Shown here one piece after another: positions 9,897 through 18,452 of a DNA stretch of 64,000 nucleotides. Below the pieces are notes generated by a model. It was given only the letters and a program-made list of their open reading frames with translations, had not been told where the DNA came from and ran no database searches. Numbering within the stretch: the stretch's first letter is position 1; each line of letters opens with the position of its first letter. The stretch covers positions 19,116-83,115 of the forward strand of contig CAIRHC010000011.1 of NCBI GenBank assembly GCA_903878275.1. The letters run 5' to 3'. The translations under genes and the position numbers were made by a program. Origin of the DNA: Candidatus Vogelbacteria bacterium (GTDB lineage: Bacteria; Patescibacteriota; Minisyncoccia; Phycocordibacterales; XYD1-FULL-46-19).

Positions 9897-10685
9897 ATGA
9901 AAAAAATAACTTATCTCACTTTTATTACACTACTTTTATCTCTAGTTTTGTCGGCAAGCATTGTCTCGGCTCAAACCACTAGTGATACGGCGGTAGCAGC
10001 AAAAAAAGTTGATGCCAAAGTCGCCAAACTCATCGCCCGTGGCGACAAAGAAATCGACAATCGAATTGAAGCCTTAAACAAATTAACCTCACGGGTCCAA
10101 GAAATGAAATTAGTTTCGGACGCCAACAAAGCTTCCTTAGCCTCTCAAATTCAAAACCAAGTTGCCGGCTTGAATTCACTTAAAGCCAAAATTGATGCCG
10201 ACACCGATATTGAAACTTTAAAAACTGACGTAAAAGAAATTACTAGTTCATTCAGAATTTTTGCTTTAGTTATTCCACAAGGTCAAATGATCGCCGCCGC
10301 CGACCGCTTGAACACTCTTATTGGGGATTTCTCTGCTATCGGCACCAAACTTCAAACTCGCATCAACGAAGCTCAAGCCGCCGGCAAAGATGTAACTAGT
10401 CTAAATGCAACATTGACCGATTTGAAAAATCAATTAACTGACGCCCAAAGACAAGCCGAAGCTGCCGTCAGCCGAAGTGTCAGCCTAACTCCAGACAACG
10501 GTGATGCGAAAATTTTAGAAGCAAACAAAACCGCTTTAGCCCAAGCCCGTGCCGATATCAAAGTCGGTAAGCAAGACCTCGTTGACGCTCGCAAAGATAT
10601 CAATACCATTATGAAAGGACTGAAAGCTTTTAAATTACCAGCTTCGAACACCGCCCCGACCGCCTCCACAACAACCATAAATTAG
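9897..10685 (+). CDS. hypothetical secreted coiled-coil protein
   Basis: Signal-peptide-like N-terminus (MKKITYLTFITLLLSLVLSASIVSAQ) followed by a heptad-like Ala/Lys/Asp-rich sequence. Confidence 0.45.
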   Translation: MKKITYLTFITLLLSLVLSASIVSAQTTSDTAVAAKKVDAKVAKLIARGDKEIDNRIEALNKLTSRVQEMKLVSDANKASLASQIQNQVAGLNSLKAKIDADTDIETLKTDVKEITSSFRIFALVIPQGQMIAAADRLNTLIGDFSAIGTKLQTRINEAQAAGKDVTSLNATLTDLKNQLTDAQRQAEAAVSRSVSLTPDNGDAKILEANKTALAQARADIKVGKQDLVDARKDINTIMKGLKAFKLPASNTAPTASTTTIN

Positions 10686-10702
10686 TTTATTTAGATAAGT
10701 GA

Positions 10703-11563
10703 ATGAAAAAATATTTAGTCCAGATCGGTTTTGTTTTAGCCGTTTTTCTCCTTATTCTTATCTGTGGACAAATATCTATTCCTGGTCTTAAAAGTTTACC
10801 CCAAAATGAGGTTATGGCTTCGGTCAGTCAAGTGATTGCCACCGCAACTATCAAGACGACTACCACCAGCCGAAGTGACCAAACTCTTAATATCCCAATC
10901 ATAATTTATCATTCGGTTCGACCAACTCGCCCAGAGGAAACAGAAGCCCAAAAAAGATACAATATTTCTCCGGACCGTTTTGAAGAGCAACTTACCTATC
11001 TAAAAAATAACGGTTACACCACCATTTCTTTAGATCAAATGGTGGCAGATTTGGAACGCGGAACCACGAGCCCAATCACCAAGCCAGTAATTCTGACTTT
11101 CGACGATGGTTGGAAAAATCAATACGAATATGCTTTTCCACTACTTAAAAAATATAACGACACTGCCACTTTTTACGTCTATACCAATCCAATTGAAAAA
11201 GACGAACGATTTTTAATTTGGAGTCAAATAAAAGAAATGTCTGATGCCGGTATGACAATCGGTAGTCATTCGGTGTATCATCCTTATTTTTCCAAAGCGA
11301 CACCCGCAGAATTAAAAAAAGAAATTTTTAACAGCAAAAAAACCTTAGAAAAACATCTCGGAAAAAAAGTAAGTCATTTCGCCACACCGTACGGTCAGAC
11401 CAGCAGTCAGATCGAAAAACTAATCAAAGAAGCCGGCTACACTACCGGACGAGTAACCACCAAAAAATCACCCATTACCAAGGAAAACCTATTTCATCTT
11501 TCGGCCTTTTTTGTGCCTCAAAACCTTCAAGATTTTATCGGGCTATTAGAAAACAAAAATTAA
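10703..11563 (+). CDS. polysaccharide deacetylase (NodB/CE4 family)
   Basis: LTFDDGW (metal-binding motif 1) and GSHSVYHPYF (His motif) are present; an N-terminal transmembrane segment precedes them. Confidence 0.8.
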   Translation: MKKYLVQIGFVLAVFLLILICGQISIPGLKSLPQNEVMASVSQVIATATIKTTTTSRSDQTLNIPIIIYHSVRPTRPEETEAQKRYNISPDRFEEQLTYLKNNGYTTISLDQMVADLERGTTSPITKPVILTFDDGWKNQYEYAFPLLKKYNDTATFYVYTNPIEKDERFLIWSQIKEMSDAGMTIGSHSVYHPYFSKATPAELKKEIFNSKKTLEKHLGKKVSHFATPYGQTSSQIEKLIKEAGYTTGRVTTKKSPITKENLFHLSAFFVPQNLQDFIGLLENKN

Positions 11564-11642
11564 AAATTAAAAATTTTGACTTTGATAATTTATCTGTATA
11601 ATTAGGATTATTATCAAAATTAATTAACAGCACAATATTAAT

Positions 11643-12626
11643 ATGGAAAAAGGAACAAAAAATAATTTTGTAAGTGGTTTGATTATCGGTGCCATTATCG
11701 CTGCCGTAGTCGTCTTTTTTGGGCAAGGGATAATCGGTGGTAACGTCTCACCAGATAAAGCCAAAACTATGGTGACTAATTTTGTGAACACCAAACTGCT
11801 TGGCGGTCAGGCAACAGCCAAACTGGACCAACTCGCAAGTGCTGGTGCTGGTCTTTATAAAGTTAAGTTCACGATCAATGGCAAGCCGATCGATTCGTAT
11901 ATGACCAAAGACGGCAAACTATTTTTTCCGGAAGCTTTCCCAATGTCGAGCAGTACCTCTAGTGGAGCCGACCAAGCTTCAACCGTCGTGACTAAAAGCG
12001 ACAAACCGAAAGTTGAATTATTCGTAATGAGTTACTGCCCATACGGCACTCAAATCGAAAAAGGAATTATTCCTGCCGTTCAAGCCTTAGGCGACAAAGT
12101 TGATTTCAAATTAAAGTTTGTTAATTATGCGATGCACGGCGAAAAAGAATTAAAGGAAAATCTCCGCCAATACTGTATTGAAAAAGATCAAACCGCTAAA
12201 TTATTACCTTATCTTACTTGTTTCCTAAAAAGTGACGATTCCACCAGCTGTGTCGGAAGCACTGGTATCGATCAAGAAGCGATGGATTCTTGCGTCGCGA
12301 GTGCTGACAAAGAATTTAAAGTAACCGAACAATTTACTGGCAAGAAAAATTGGAATGGCAATTTCCCACCGTTCGATGTACACAAAGCTGAAAACGAAAA
12401 ATACGGTGTCCAAGGCTCCCCAACCCTAGTCATCAATGGTGCTCAAGCCGAAGCGGGTCGTGACAGTGCCAGCTTGTTAAAGACGATTTGTAGCGCTTTC
12501 AACAAGCAACCGGAGATCTGTACTACCGCCAAATTATCAAGCGACAGCCCAGCTCCTGGCTTTGGTGAAGGTACCGAAGCCCCAGCCGCCGCTGGTCAGC
12601 CAGCCGCTGGTTGTGCGACAAATTAA
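11643..12626 (+). CDS. thioredoxin-fold (DsbA/glutaredoxin-like) exported protein with a degenerate CPYG active-site motif
   Basis: N-terminal transmembrane segment; VMSYCPYGTQ resembles the CPYC redox motif with the second Cys replaced by Gly; the C-terminal tail is low-complexity Ala/Pro/Gly. Confidence 0.4.
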   Translation: MEKGTKNNFVSGLIIGAIIAAVVVFFGQGIIGGNVSPDKAKTMVTNFVNTKLLGGQATAKLDQLASAGAGLYKVKFTINGKPIDSYMTKDGKLFFPEAFPMSSSTSSGADQASTVVTKSDKPKVELFVMSYCPYGTQIEKGIIPAVQALGDKVDFKLKFVNYAMHGEKELKENLRQYCIEKDQTAKLLPYLTCFLKSDDSTSCVGSTGIDQEAMDSCVASADKEFKVTEQFTGKKNWNGNFPPFDVHKAENEKYGVQGSPTLVINGAQAEAGRDSASLLKTICSAFNKQPEICTTAKLSSDSPAPGFGEGTEAPAAAGQPAAGCATN

Positions 12627-12638
12627 TTAGAAGTCAAC

Positions 12639-12670
12639 AAAACCGCCCGAGGCTTACCTCGGGCGGTTTT
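12639..12670. terminator. bidirectional rho-independent terminator (10-bp GC stem ccgcccgagg/cctcgggcgg flanked by A and T runs)
   Basis: The hairpin aaaaccgcccgaggcttacctcgggcggtttt sits between convergent genes. Confidence 0.7.
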
Positions 12671-12689
12671 AGTTTACCTACCTAATTCC

Positions 12690-13586
12690 TTAATTAAGAT
12701 ATTTGAGTAAAGCTTTGATCCCCGCTAAATTTTGTTCCCACTCGACCGTCTCGTGAGTTTTAAGCTCCACCGTAATTGCCGGAATATTTATTGACGCCAG
12801 CCAACCTTCGGCATCGCCGGTAATTTCATATTGAGAAAAAGATTTTACTGGAGCATAACCCGAAGCTTGTGCATAAGTATTCATAATGTCGAGCGTCATC
12901 GGTAAAATCCCCGCTTTACATTCTGACGAATAAACCGAGTTGGCTTGGCTATGCCAAAAAATTACGCTTGTTGGTTTATTTTTTAAAACAAAATCACGAA
13001 TCGCCACCGCTTCTGGTTCAGAAAAAGCTTTCGAACCAGCACTGACTGGCGTGTTTCGCCAAGTGCTTTCTGGTTGCCAGTTACAATCAAAGTTGCGATT
13101 GAGATCAATATCGTGTGCATTGAGCCGTCCGGTTCCAGACGCCAGCGATTTTGTCGGCACATCAGCCAAAGTAAAACGCCCATCTTTTCCAATCACTTTA
13201 TAAACTCCATCGGGATTAGCTGATGGAATTATCGAAATCGTTAAATTTTCTGGAACAAAACTGGGGTTAGCTTTTAAATAATCGGTAAACTGATAAGCCA
13301 AAGCCACACTGTTCCATTCATAACCACCGTGAATTCCGCCGACAAATAATACGAGGGTTTTACCTTTGCCATAAGTGTAAGCTTCGATATCACGACCTTC
13401 GACCGACTTACCAATCACCTCTTTTTTAGGAGAATTATCAACGATAATCGGAGCAACCGGCGTCGGTAAAACTGAAACTTTTTTCTGCAAAAATATAACA
13501 ACAAAACCGCTCGCAAAAAACGCCATAAAAATAAATACAATAACCGCAAAAATTATTATATGGCGTTTTGAAAAGAGCGACTCCAT
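12690..13586 (-). CDS. M14-family zinc carboxypeptidase-like protein (paralog 1; catalytic motifs intact)
   Basis: GGIHGGYEW (H..E zinc site followed by W), NPDG, DLNRNF, FWHSQ (candidate third zinc ligand His) and ITVELK (candidate catalytic Glu); an N-terminal transmembrane anchor precedes them. Confidence 0.6.
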   Translation of the reverse strand: MESLFSKRHIIIFAVIVFIFMAFFASGFVVIFLQKKVSVLPTPVAPIIVDNSPKKEVIGKSVEGRDIEAYTYGKGKTLVLFVGGIHGGYEWNSVALAYQFTDYLKANPSFVPENLTISIIPSANPDGVYKVIGKDGRFTLADVPTKSLASGTGRLNAHDIDLNRNFDCNWQPESTWRNTPVSAGSKAFSEPEAVAIRDFVLKNKPTSVIFWHSQANSVYSSECKAGILPMTLDIMNTYAQASGYAPVKSFSQYEITGDAEGWLASINIPAITVELKTHETVEWEQNLAGIKALLKYLN

Positions 13587-13589
13587 TAT

Positions 13590-14498
13590 TTATTTCGTAT
13601 AGTATTTGAGTAAAGCTTGAATACCAGCTAAGTTTTTATCCCATTCGGTATCTTTGTGATTTGTGAGAAGTACACTAATCGCGGGAATTTTTTCTTTTGC
13701 CAACCAGTTTACCATATCGCCAGTCGTCTCGTAGAAATCAAAACTATCGTACGCTTTATAGCCAGAAGCTTCAGCATAAGTATCGGTCAAAGTTTTGGTT
13801 TCTGACAAAATTTCACCGGTACACTTGGAAGAATACACGCCACCGGCGGAGCTATACCACACCACCACCGCCTTCGGTTTATTTGTGGCAATATAATTTT
13901 TAATCGCTAAACTTTCTGGTTCGGAAAAAGCTTCGCTTCCACCACTCACTGTCATTTTTTGCCAAGTCCCCTTCGCTTGCCAATTACAATCAAAGTTGCG
14001 ATTGAGATCAACGCTATTTGCATTAAAACGACCATCAATAACTGTCTCTTCCGAAGTAGAAACGTCAGCCGAAGTAAAGCGACCAATAGCTCCGACAACT
14101 TTCTTCAGACCATCAGTATTTAAAACCGGGAGAACAGTCACCTTAATATTTTTCGGGATAATCTCTGGATTAGCTTTTAAATAATCCATCAACTCATAAG
14201 CAACGAGTGTTGTATTCCATTCATAGCCACCGTGAATTCCGCCGACAAATAAAAGCTCTGTATCGCCAGTACCATAATGATAAGCGGTGATATCATTTTT
14301 TTCGACCGATGTCCCAATCACCGTTTCCCCAATATTTTCCGTTGTTGTACCGGTCTGGCTTGTCGACGATGCCGTAGCATCGGTCGTCGTCGCCGTGTCT
14401 ATGACGACCGGAGTAACCGAAGAACTTTTAGTAAAATAATAAACGCTTCCAATAATAGCTACCACAACCACAATCGCCACAATGATGTTTTTGTTCAT
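13590..14498 (-). CDS. M14-like carboxypeptidase paralog 2 (tandem duplicate; candidate catalytic residues substituted)
   Basis: Collinear with paralog 1 (GGIHGGYEW and DLNRNFDCNWQ retained), but FWHSQ becomes VWYSS and ITVELK becomes ISVLLT; NPDG becomes NTDG. Confidence 0.55.
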   Translation of the reverse strand: MNKNIIVAIVVVVAIIGSVYYFTKSSSVTPVVIDTATTTDATASSTSQTGTTTENIGETVIGTSVEKNDITAYHYGTGDTELLFVGGIHGGYEWNTTLVAYELMDYLKANPEIIPKNIKVTVLPVLNTDGLKKVVGAIGRFTSADVSTSEETVIDGRFNANSVDLNRNFDCNWQAKGTWQKMTVSGGSEAFSEPESLAIKNYIATNKPKAVVVWYSSAGGVYSSKCTGEILSETKTLTDTYAEASGYKAYDSFDFYETTGDMVNWLAKEKIPAISVLLTNHKDTEWDKNLAGIQALLKYYTK

Positions 14499-14591
14499 AA
14501 TATAACCATCCTAGCACAAATAAATTTGTGCAACCACTCACAAAAATAGCCCCAATGATTCCGGGTCCTTAGGGCTATTTTTGTATTATTG

Positions 14592-14687
14592 TTACTTTTT
14601 CTTTGTTTTATTTTTTGCTTTCGCTTGCAACATCAGCTTCTTCACCGCCAAACGCTTTTTAGTTTTTGGCGATCTTGATGTTTTCAT
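14592..14687 (-). CDS. small highly basic peptide (31 aa, MKTSRSPKTKKRLAVKKLMLQAKAKNKTKKK)
   Basis: ATG preceded by AGGAG at an 8-nt spacing on the minus strand; about half the residues are Lys/Arg; below the ORF-track length cutoff. Confidence 0.4.
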   Translation of the reverse strand: MKTSRSPKTKKRLAVKKLMLQAKAKNKTKKK

Positions 14688-14826
14688 CTTACCTACTCCT
14701 GTATGTCTTTTTCCCATATGTTTATTATTTTTTGATTAATTGATTAATTTCTATTAAGTCTACCAGAAATACAAAAAGAAGCTATCCTTCTTTTTGTTCC
14801 GCCTTAAGTCACCGAGTTATAATCTG

Positions 14827-15672
14827 CTATTCAGCGACAATCTTAGCTTTCATCATCGGATGGATTTTGCAGTGGTAATTTTCGCTAACAGGAGAAGAAA
14901 AGGTAAAAGTAAACGATTCTCCAGTGGCAAGAGTTGGTGAATTTAAAAGGTTGCCAGAATCCGAAGTTACGGTATGTGGGACAGCGTCCTCGTTAATCCA
15001 TTTTACCGTATCCCCTTTTTTAACATTCAAGGTTGCCGGCTCAAAAGTAAAATTTTTAATCTTCACAATAATTTCGCTAGCCGGTGCCGCTTGTCCTTGT
15101 TCAGAATTAACCAATGGAGTAACGACATTACTAACCGGAGCTTCCGGCGGTGCAGAAACAATGGGCTCGCTACCCTGTTTAAATACCGTTAAATAACCAA
15201 CGACCCCAAAGACAATAATCAAAACAACAACCGCCAAAATTAATTTCTTCATATTAAATAAATTAAACTTATAATATTCTTCATTTTTTCTAATAAGATA
15301 AAACAACGGCCAAGCCAGAGCAAACAGTATTACAGTATGAATCAGCCAAAAAATCACCACGAAACTTAAATTATAACCTTCGAGAAAATACCGAATCTGT
15401 AGAAGTGTACAAATAACTAGCGCAAAAATCCCCGCTTTAAGAACATTATTTTTAATTCGCACTAGAACAAAAAACAAAATCACTCCAAAAATTAGAGCGA
15501 AAATTATTTTATTACGAAAATAATATTCCGGTACTGACCAGTCCAAACGTATAGAATGCACAACAAAATCAGATAAGGTAAAAAGTAGAATAGCAATAAA
15601 AAGAAAAATCAGATTGTATAGAGTTAAATAAATTTTATTTTTCACGTTTAAATTATACCAAAAATCTCCCAT
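14827..15672 (-). CDS. membrane protein with a C-terminal cupredoxin (plastocyanin/azurin-like blue copper) domain
   Basis: About five N-terminal transmembrane helices; the C-terminal domain has His (VPHTV), Cys-x2-His (YHCKIH) and Met (PMM) spaced like a type-1 copper site. Confidence 0.65.
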   Translation of the reverse strand: MGDFWYNLNVKNKIYLTLYNLIFLFIAILLFTLSDFVVHSIRLDWSVPEYYFRNKIIFALIFGVILFFVLVRIKNNVLKAGIFALVICTLLQIRYFLEGYNLSFVVIFWLIHTVILFALAWPLFYLIRKNEEYYKFNLFNMKKLILAVVVLIIVFGVVGYLTVFKQGSEPIVSAPPEAPVSNVVTPLVNSEQGQAAPASEIIVKIKNFTFEPATLNVKKGDTVKWINEDAVPHTVTSDSGNLLNSPTLATGESFTFTFSSPVSENYHCKIHPMMKAKIVAE

Positions 15673-15742
15673 CGGTTCTACGTCCCCTCCGACACAAGCA
15701 GGCTAACTATGGTGCGCAAAAGACACGCCGAAAGAATACCGA

Positions 15743-16351
15743 TTAATCAATCTGAAGACAGTTGACACTGGCAGTGACGGTACCATTGACATCGCTCTCG
15801 GCCGACACTTCCCAACCAGAAATTTCAGTCGAAGTTCCTATTATTGCCATACTCGATAAAACTCGAACGCCACTCGTTTCCATATACCCTCCAGAAATAG
15901 GAACGTCATTTGAATCAAGGCAAGATGCTCGGACTATCACATATGTACTGGCGGCACTAAGTCCGCCACGAAGGCTGTATCTCGTATAAATTCGAGATTT
16001 ATCAATACCAACCCCAGAAGATGAACCTGCGGGACCTTGTGGACCAGTGGGCCCAATTTCACCAATATCCCCCTTGTCGCCCTTTGGACCAGGCAGACCA
16101 TCATTTCCAGCAACGCCAGGAATCCCTTGCGGTCCGGGTATTCCTTGTATGCCCTGTGGTCCAGTACCCAAAGACAACAAGGAATCATTATTTTTACAAT
16201 CGGTTTTCTTGAAACCTTCACCGACAACATAGACCAAGCCATTGTGCTTTACGCATAAAACAATCTCGCTATTCTTGGCTTGAGAATAAGACCAAAGTCC
16301 CAAAAACAAAACCAGTCCAAATACCGCCACCCCAATAGTTTTTATTTTCAT
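15743..16351 (-). CDS. secreted collagen-like (Gly-X-Y repeat) protein
   Basis: Signal peptide followed by an uninterrupted G-X-Y run: [46 protein letters not shown]. Confidence 0.7.
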   Translation of the reverse strand: MKIKTIGVAVFGLVLFLGLWSYSQAKNSEIVLCVKHNGLVYVVGEGFKKTDCKNNDSLLSLGTGPQGIQGIPGPQGIPGVAGNDGLPGPKGDKGDIGEIGPTGPQGPAGSSSGVGIDKSRIYTRYSLRGGLSAASTYVIVRASCLDSNDVPISGGYMETSGVRVLSSMAIIGTSTEISGWEVSAESDVNGTVTASVNCLQID

Positions 16352-16434
16352 ATGGTCAAACTATACACTATTTTTTAAATTCAGCAAAAAAAACTTTGCA
16401 AAATAATAAGAAAAAATTGGCTTAAAAATAGCAC

Positions 16435-17637
16435 CTATAAAACATCCACCGGCTCGACTTCTTCGTGATGATATCTTGATTCTGGGATTATTTTTCGGTA
16501 AAAAAACATAACACCAAAAGCCAATAATAAAATTAAACCACTTAAAACAAACGGTAGTTTTTCATTGACAGAGTAAATCGTGCCGACTGCCAAAGGTCCA
16601 ATAGCCATACCCAAGGTCATCAAGGCAGACATAATACCCGCCACTTCCCCCTTTTTTGTCGGATCAGCAAAACCAGTAATACGGCTAGACATTACGACCC
16701 GTAAAATAGACTGATTCATAATCATCAAAACCATCCCCGCAATAAAAACATACAAAAATGAGGAGGTCATCACAAAAAAACCTACAGCCATAAACAAAAT
16801 TGTCCAGATTTCCAATTTCGCTTCATCAAATTTTTTCAACCAAAAATGTTTTAGCAGATAACCTTGATTAATGACCATAATTATTCCAGTAATCGCCATC
16901 AGATACCCGGTATGATTAGCGTTAAAATTAAAAGTAAACTGGGTGTACAAAGCAAAAATTGATTGTTGAGCGGCAAAAGCCAACCCAAATAAAAACAAAA
17001 CCAAATAGCGAGAACGCAAAACTTTATCTTTTATCGCTAAGTTAATTGGAGCGAAAGGATGAATAGAAATTTTCCGGTCTTTCGCCAAATTTTTATTTGT
17101 TTCTGGTAAAAAGAAAAAGGCCGCAATTGTATTTAAAGTAGCCAGAACCCCGACAAAATAAAAAGGAAAAGACATCGAAATATGAGACAAGAGAGCTCCG
17201 ACCGCTGGACCAATAATAAAACCGATACCAAAAACCGCCCCGATTGTACCCATACTAGCTGTTCTCTCTTTATTATTTTTAGCTAAATCAGCCAAATAAC
17301 TTTGAGCAACCGGGAAATTACCAGCCGCCATACCATCAATAATTCGACCGACAAACAAGGCGATAACATTATTCGCCCCAGCAAAAACAAACCACCCAAC
17401 AGCGGTACTGGCAATACTAACAATTAACGCTGGTCGACGACCAAATTTATCAGACAGAGCTCCCAAAATCGGAGCGCTCAAAAAAGAACATATTGAAAAA
17501 ACAGCAAACAACAAGGTCACGGTCAAAGCCGAAGCTCCGACGCTCTGAACAAAATACGGCATCACCGGTATAACAATTCCAATACCAACGACGTCGATAA
17601 AGACGGTTAAAATAATTATTATTTTTTCTTTAGTCAT
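16435..17637 (-). CDS. MFS transporter (drug/H+ antiporter-like)
   Basis: 400 aa with about 12 transmembrane helices and a GALSDKFGRRP motif in loop 2-3 (MFS motif A). Confidence 0.8.
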   Translation of the reverse strand: MTKEKIIIILTVFIDVVGIGIVIPVMPYFVQSVGASALTVTLLFAVFSICSFLSAPILGALSDKFGRRPALIVSIASTAVGWFVFAGANNVIALFVGRIIDGMAAGNFPVAQSYLADLAKNNKERTASMGTIGAVFGIGFIIGPAVGALLSHISMSFPFYFVGVLATLNTIAAFFFLPETNKNLAKDRKISIHPFAPINLAIKDKVLRSRYLVLFLFGLAFAAQQSIFALYTQFTFNFNANHTGYLMAITGIIMVINQGYLLKHFWLKKFDEAKLEIWTILFMAVGFFVMTSSFLYVFIAGMVLMIMNQSILRVVMSSRITGFADPTKKGEVAGIMSALMTLGMAIGPLAVGTIYSVNEKLPFVLSGLILLLAFGVMFFYRKIIPESRYHHEEVEPVDVL

Positions 17638-17711
17638 TGTTACTTAATTATACTACAAAAAGCCGAGGTATTTGCAGAGCTATTTTACTCTCTGGTAGAT
17701 CCCCCAAGATT

Positions 17712-18158
17712 TTATCTCTCGAGCCTTTTTCTTAATTCATCGATGACCGCTTTCTGCCAGTATTTCAGAGAAAACCAACCGATCAGAGGTTTGGCAATTA
17801 TGCGAAGCCAGCGCTTGTGAATGGCAACTTGATAAGTGTAATCGATCACGGTTCCTTCCGGACTTTCAGAGAGTAATAATTCTTCGTGGCCAGAAGTCCC
17901 AAATTTAGAGCTTTCATTGTCTGAAAGGTAGCCTTTGTCGGGAAGAATCTCTGTTTTCATTTTTACCGGAAACTTTTGACCAAATGATTTAGCCGTCGCA
18001 TCCATTTCTAAATAATTTCCTTCGCGTTTTGTGATTTGTATAAATTCTGCCACTTTCGGAAAATATTCCGGAAATTTTTCAAAGTCTGTCATTATGTTAA
18101 ACACCTCCGCAAGAGGAGCCTTGACGAGCCACTTGGCACGAAGAGTAATGTCTTTCAT
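17712..18158 (-). CDS. SRPBCC (START/polyketide cyclase-like) family protein
   Basis: 148 aa; the pattern APLAEVFNIMTDFEKFPEYFP is typical of the SRPBCC N-terminus. Confidence 0.5.
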   Translation of the reverse strand: MKDITLRAKWLVKAPLAEVFNIMTDFEKFPEYFPKVAEFIQITKREGNYLEMDATAKSFGQKFPVKMKTEILPDKGYLSDNESSKFGTSGHEELLLSESPEGTVIDYTYQVAIHKRWLRIIAKPLIGWFSLKYWQKAVIDELRKRLER

Positions 18159-18272
18159 CTAAAAATTATACCAAAAACAAACGCAAAGCTCACTAGCTTT
18201 GCGATCATATTCATTCTCATACTCACTTCAAAAAAACATCCGCAATAGTCGTTTTTAGTTTACAGTGCTTTG

Positions 18273-18345
18273 CTCCGCGGGTAGGACTCGAACCTACGAC
18301 CAACCCGTTAACAGCGGGCCGCTCTACCAACTGAGCTACCGCGGA
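18273..18345 (-). tRNA. tRNA-Asn (anticodon GUU)
   Basis: Manual fold: acceptor UCCGCGG/CCGCGGA, D arm GCUC/GAGC, anticodon stem GCCCG/CGGGU with loop CUGUUAA, T arm GUAGG-UUCGAGU-CCUAC, discriminator G; CCA is not encoded. Confidence 0.85.
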
Positions 18346-18452
18346 GCGAAACACTTTAAAATCGATAGGTAGTTTGAAAAGAACAACCCTAATATATTAA
18401 CAAAAATTGAATAAAATGCAATGATAGAATAGACTTATAGTATAAGGGTCAA

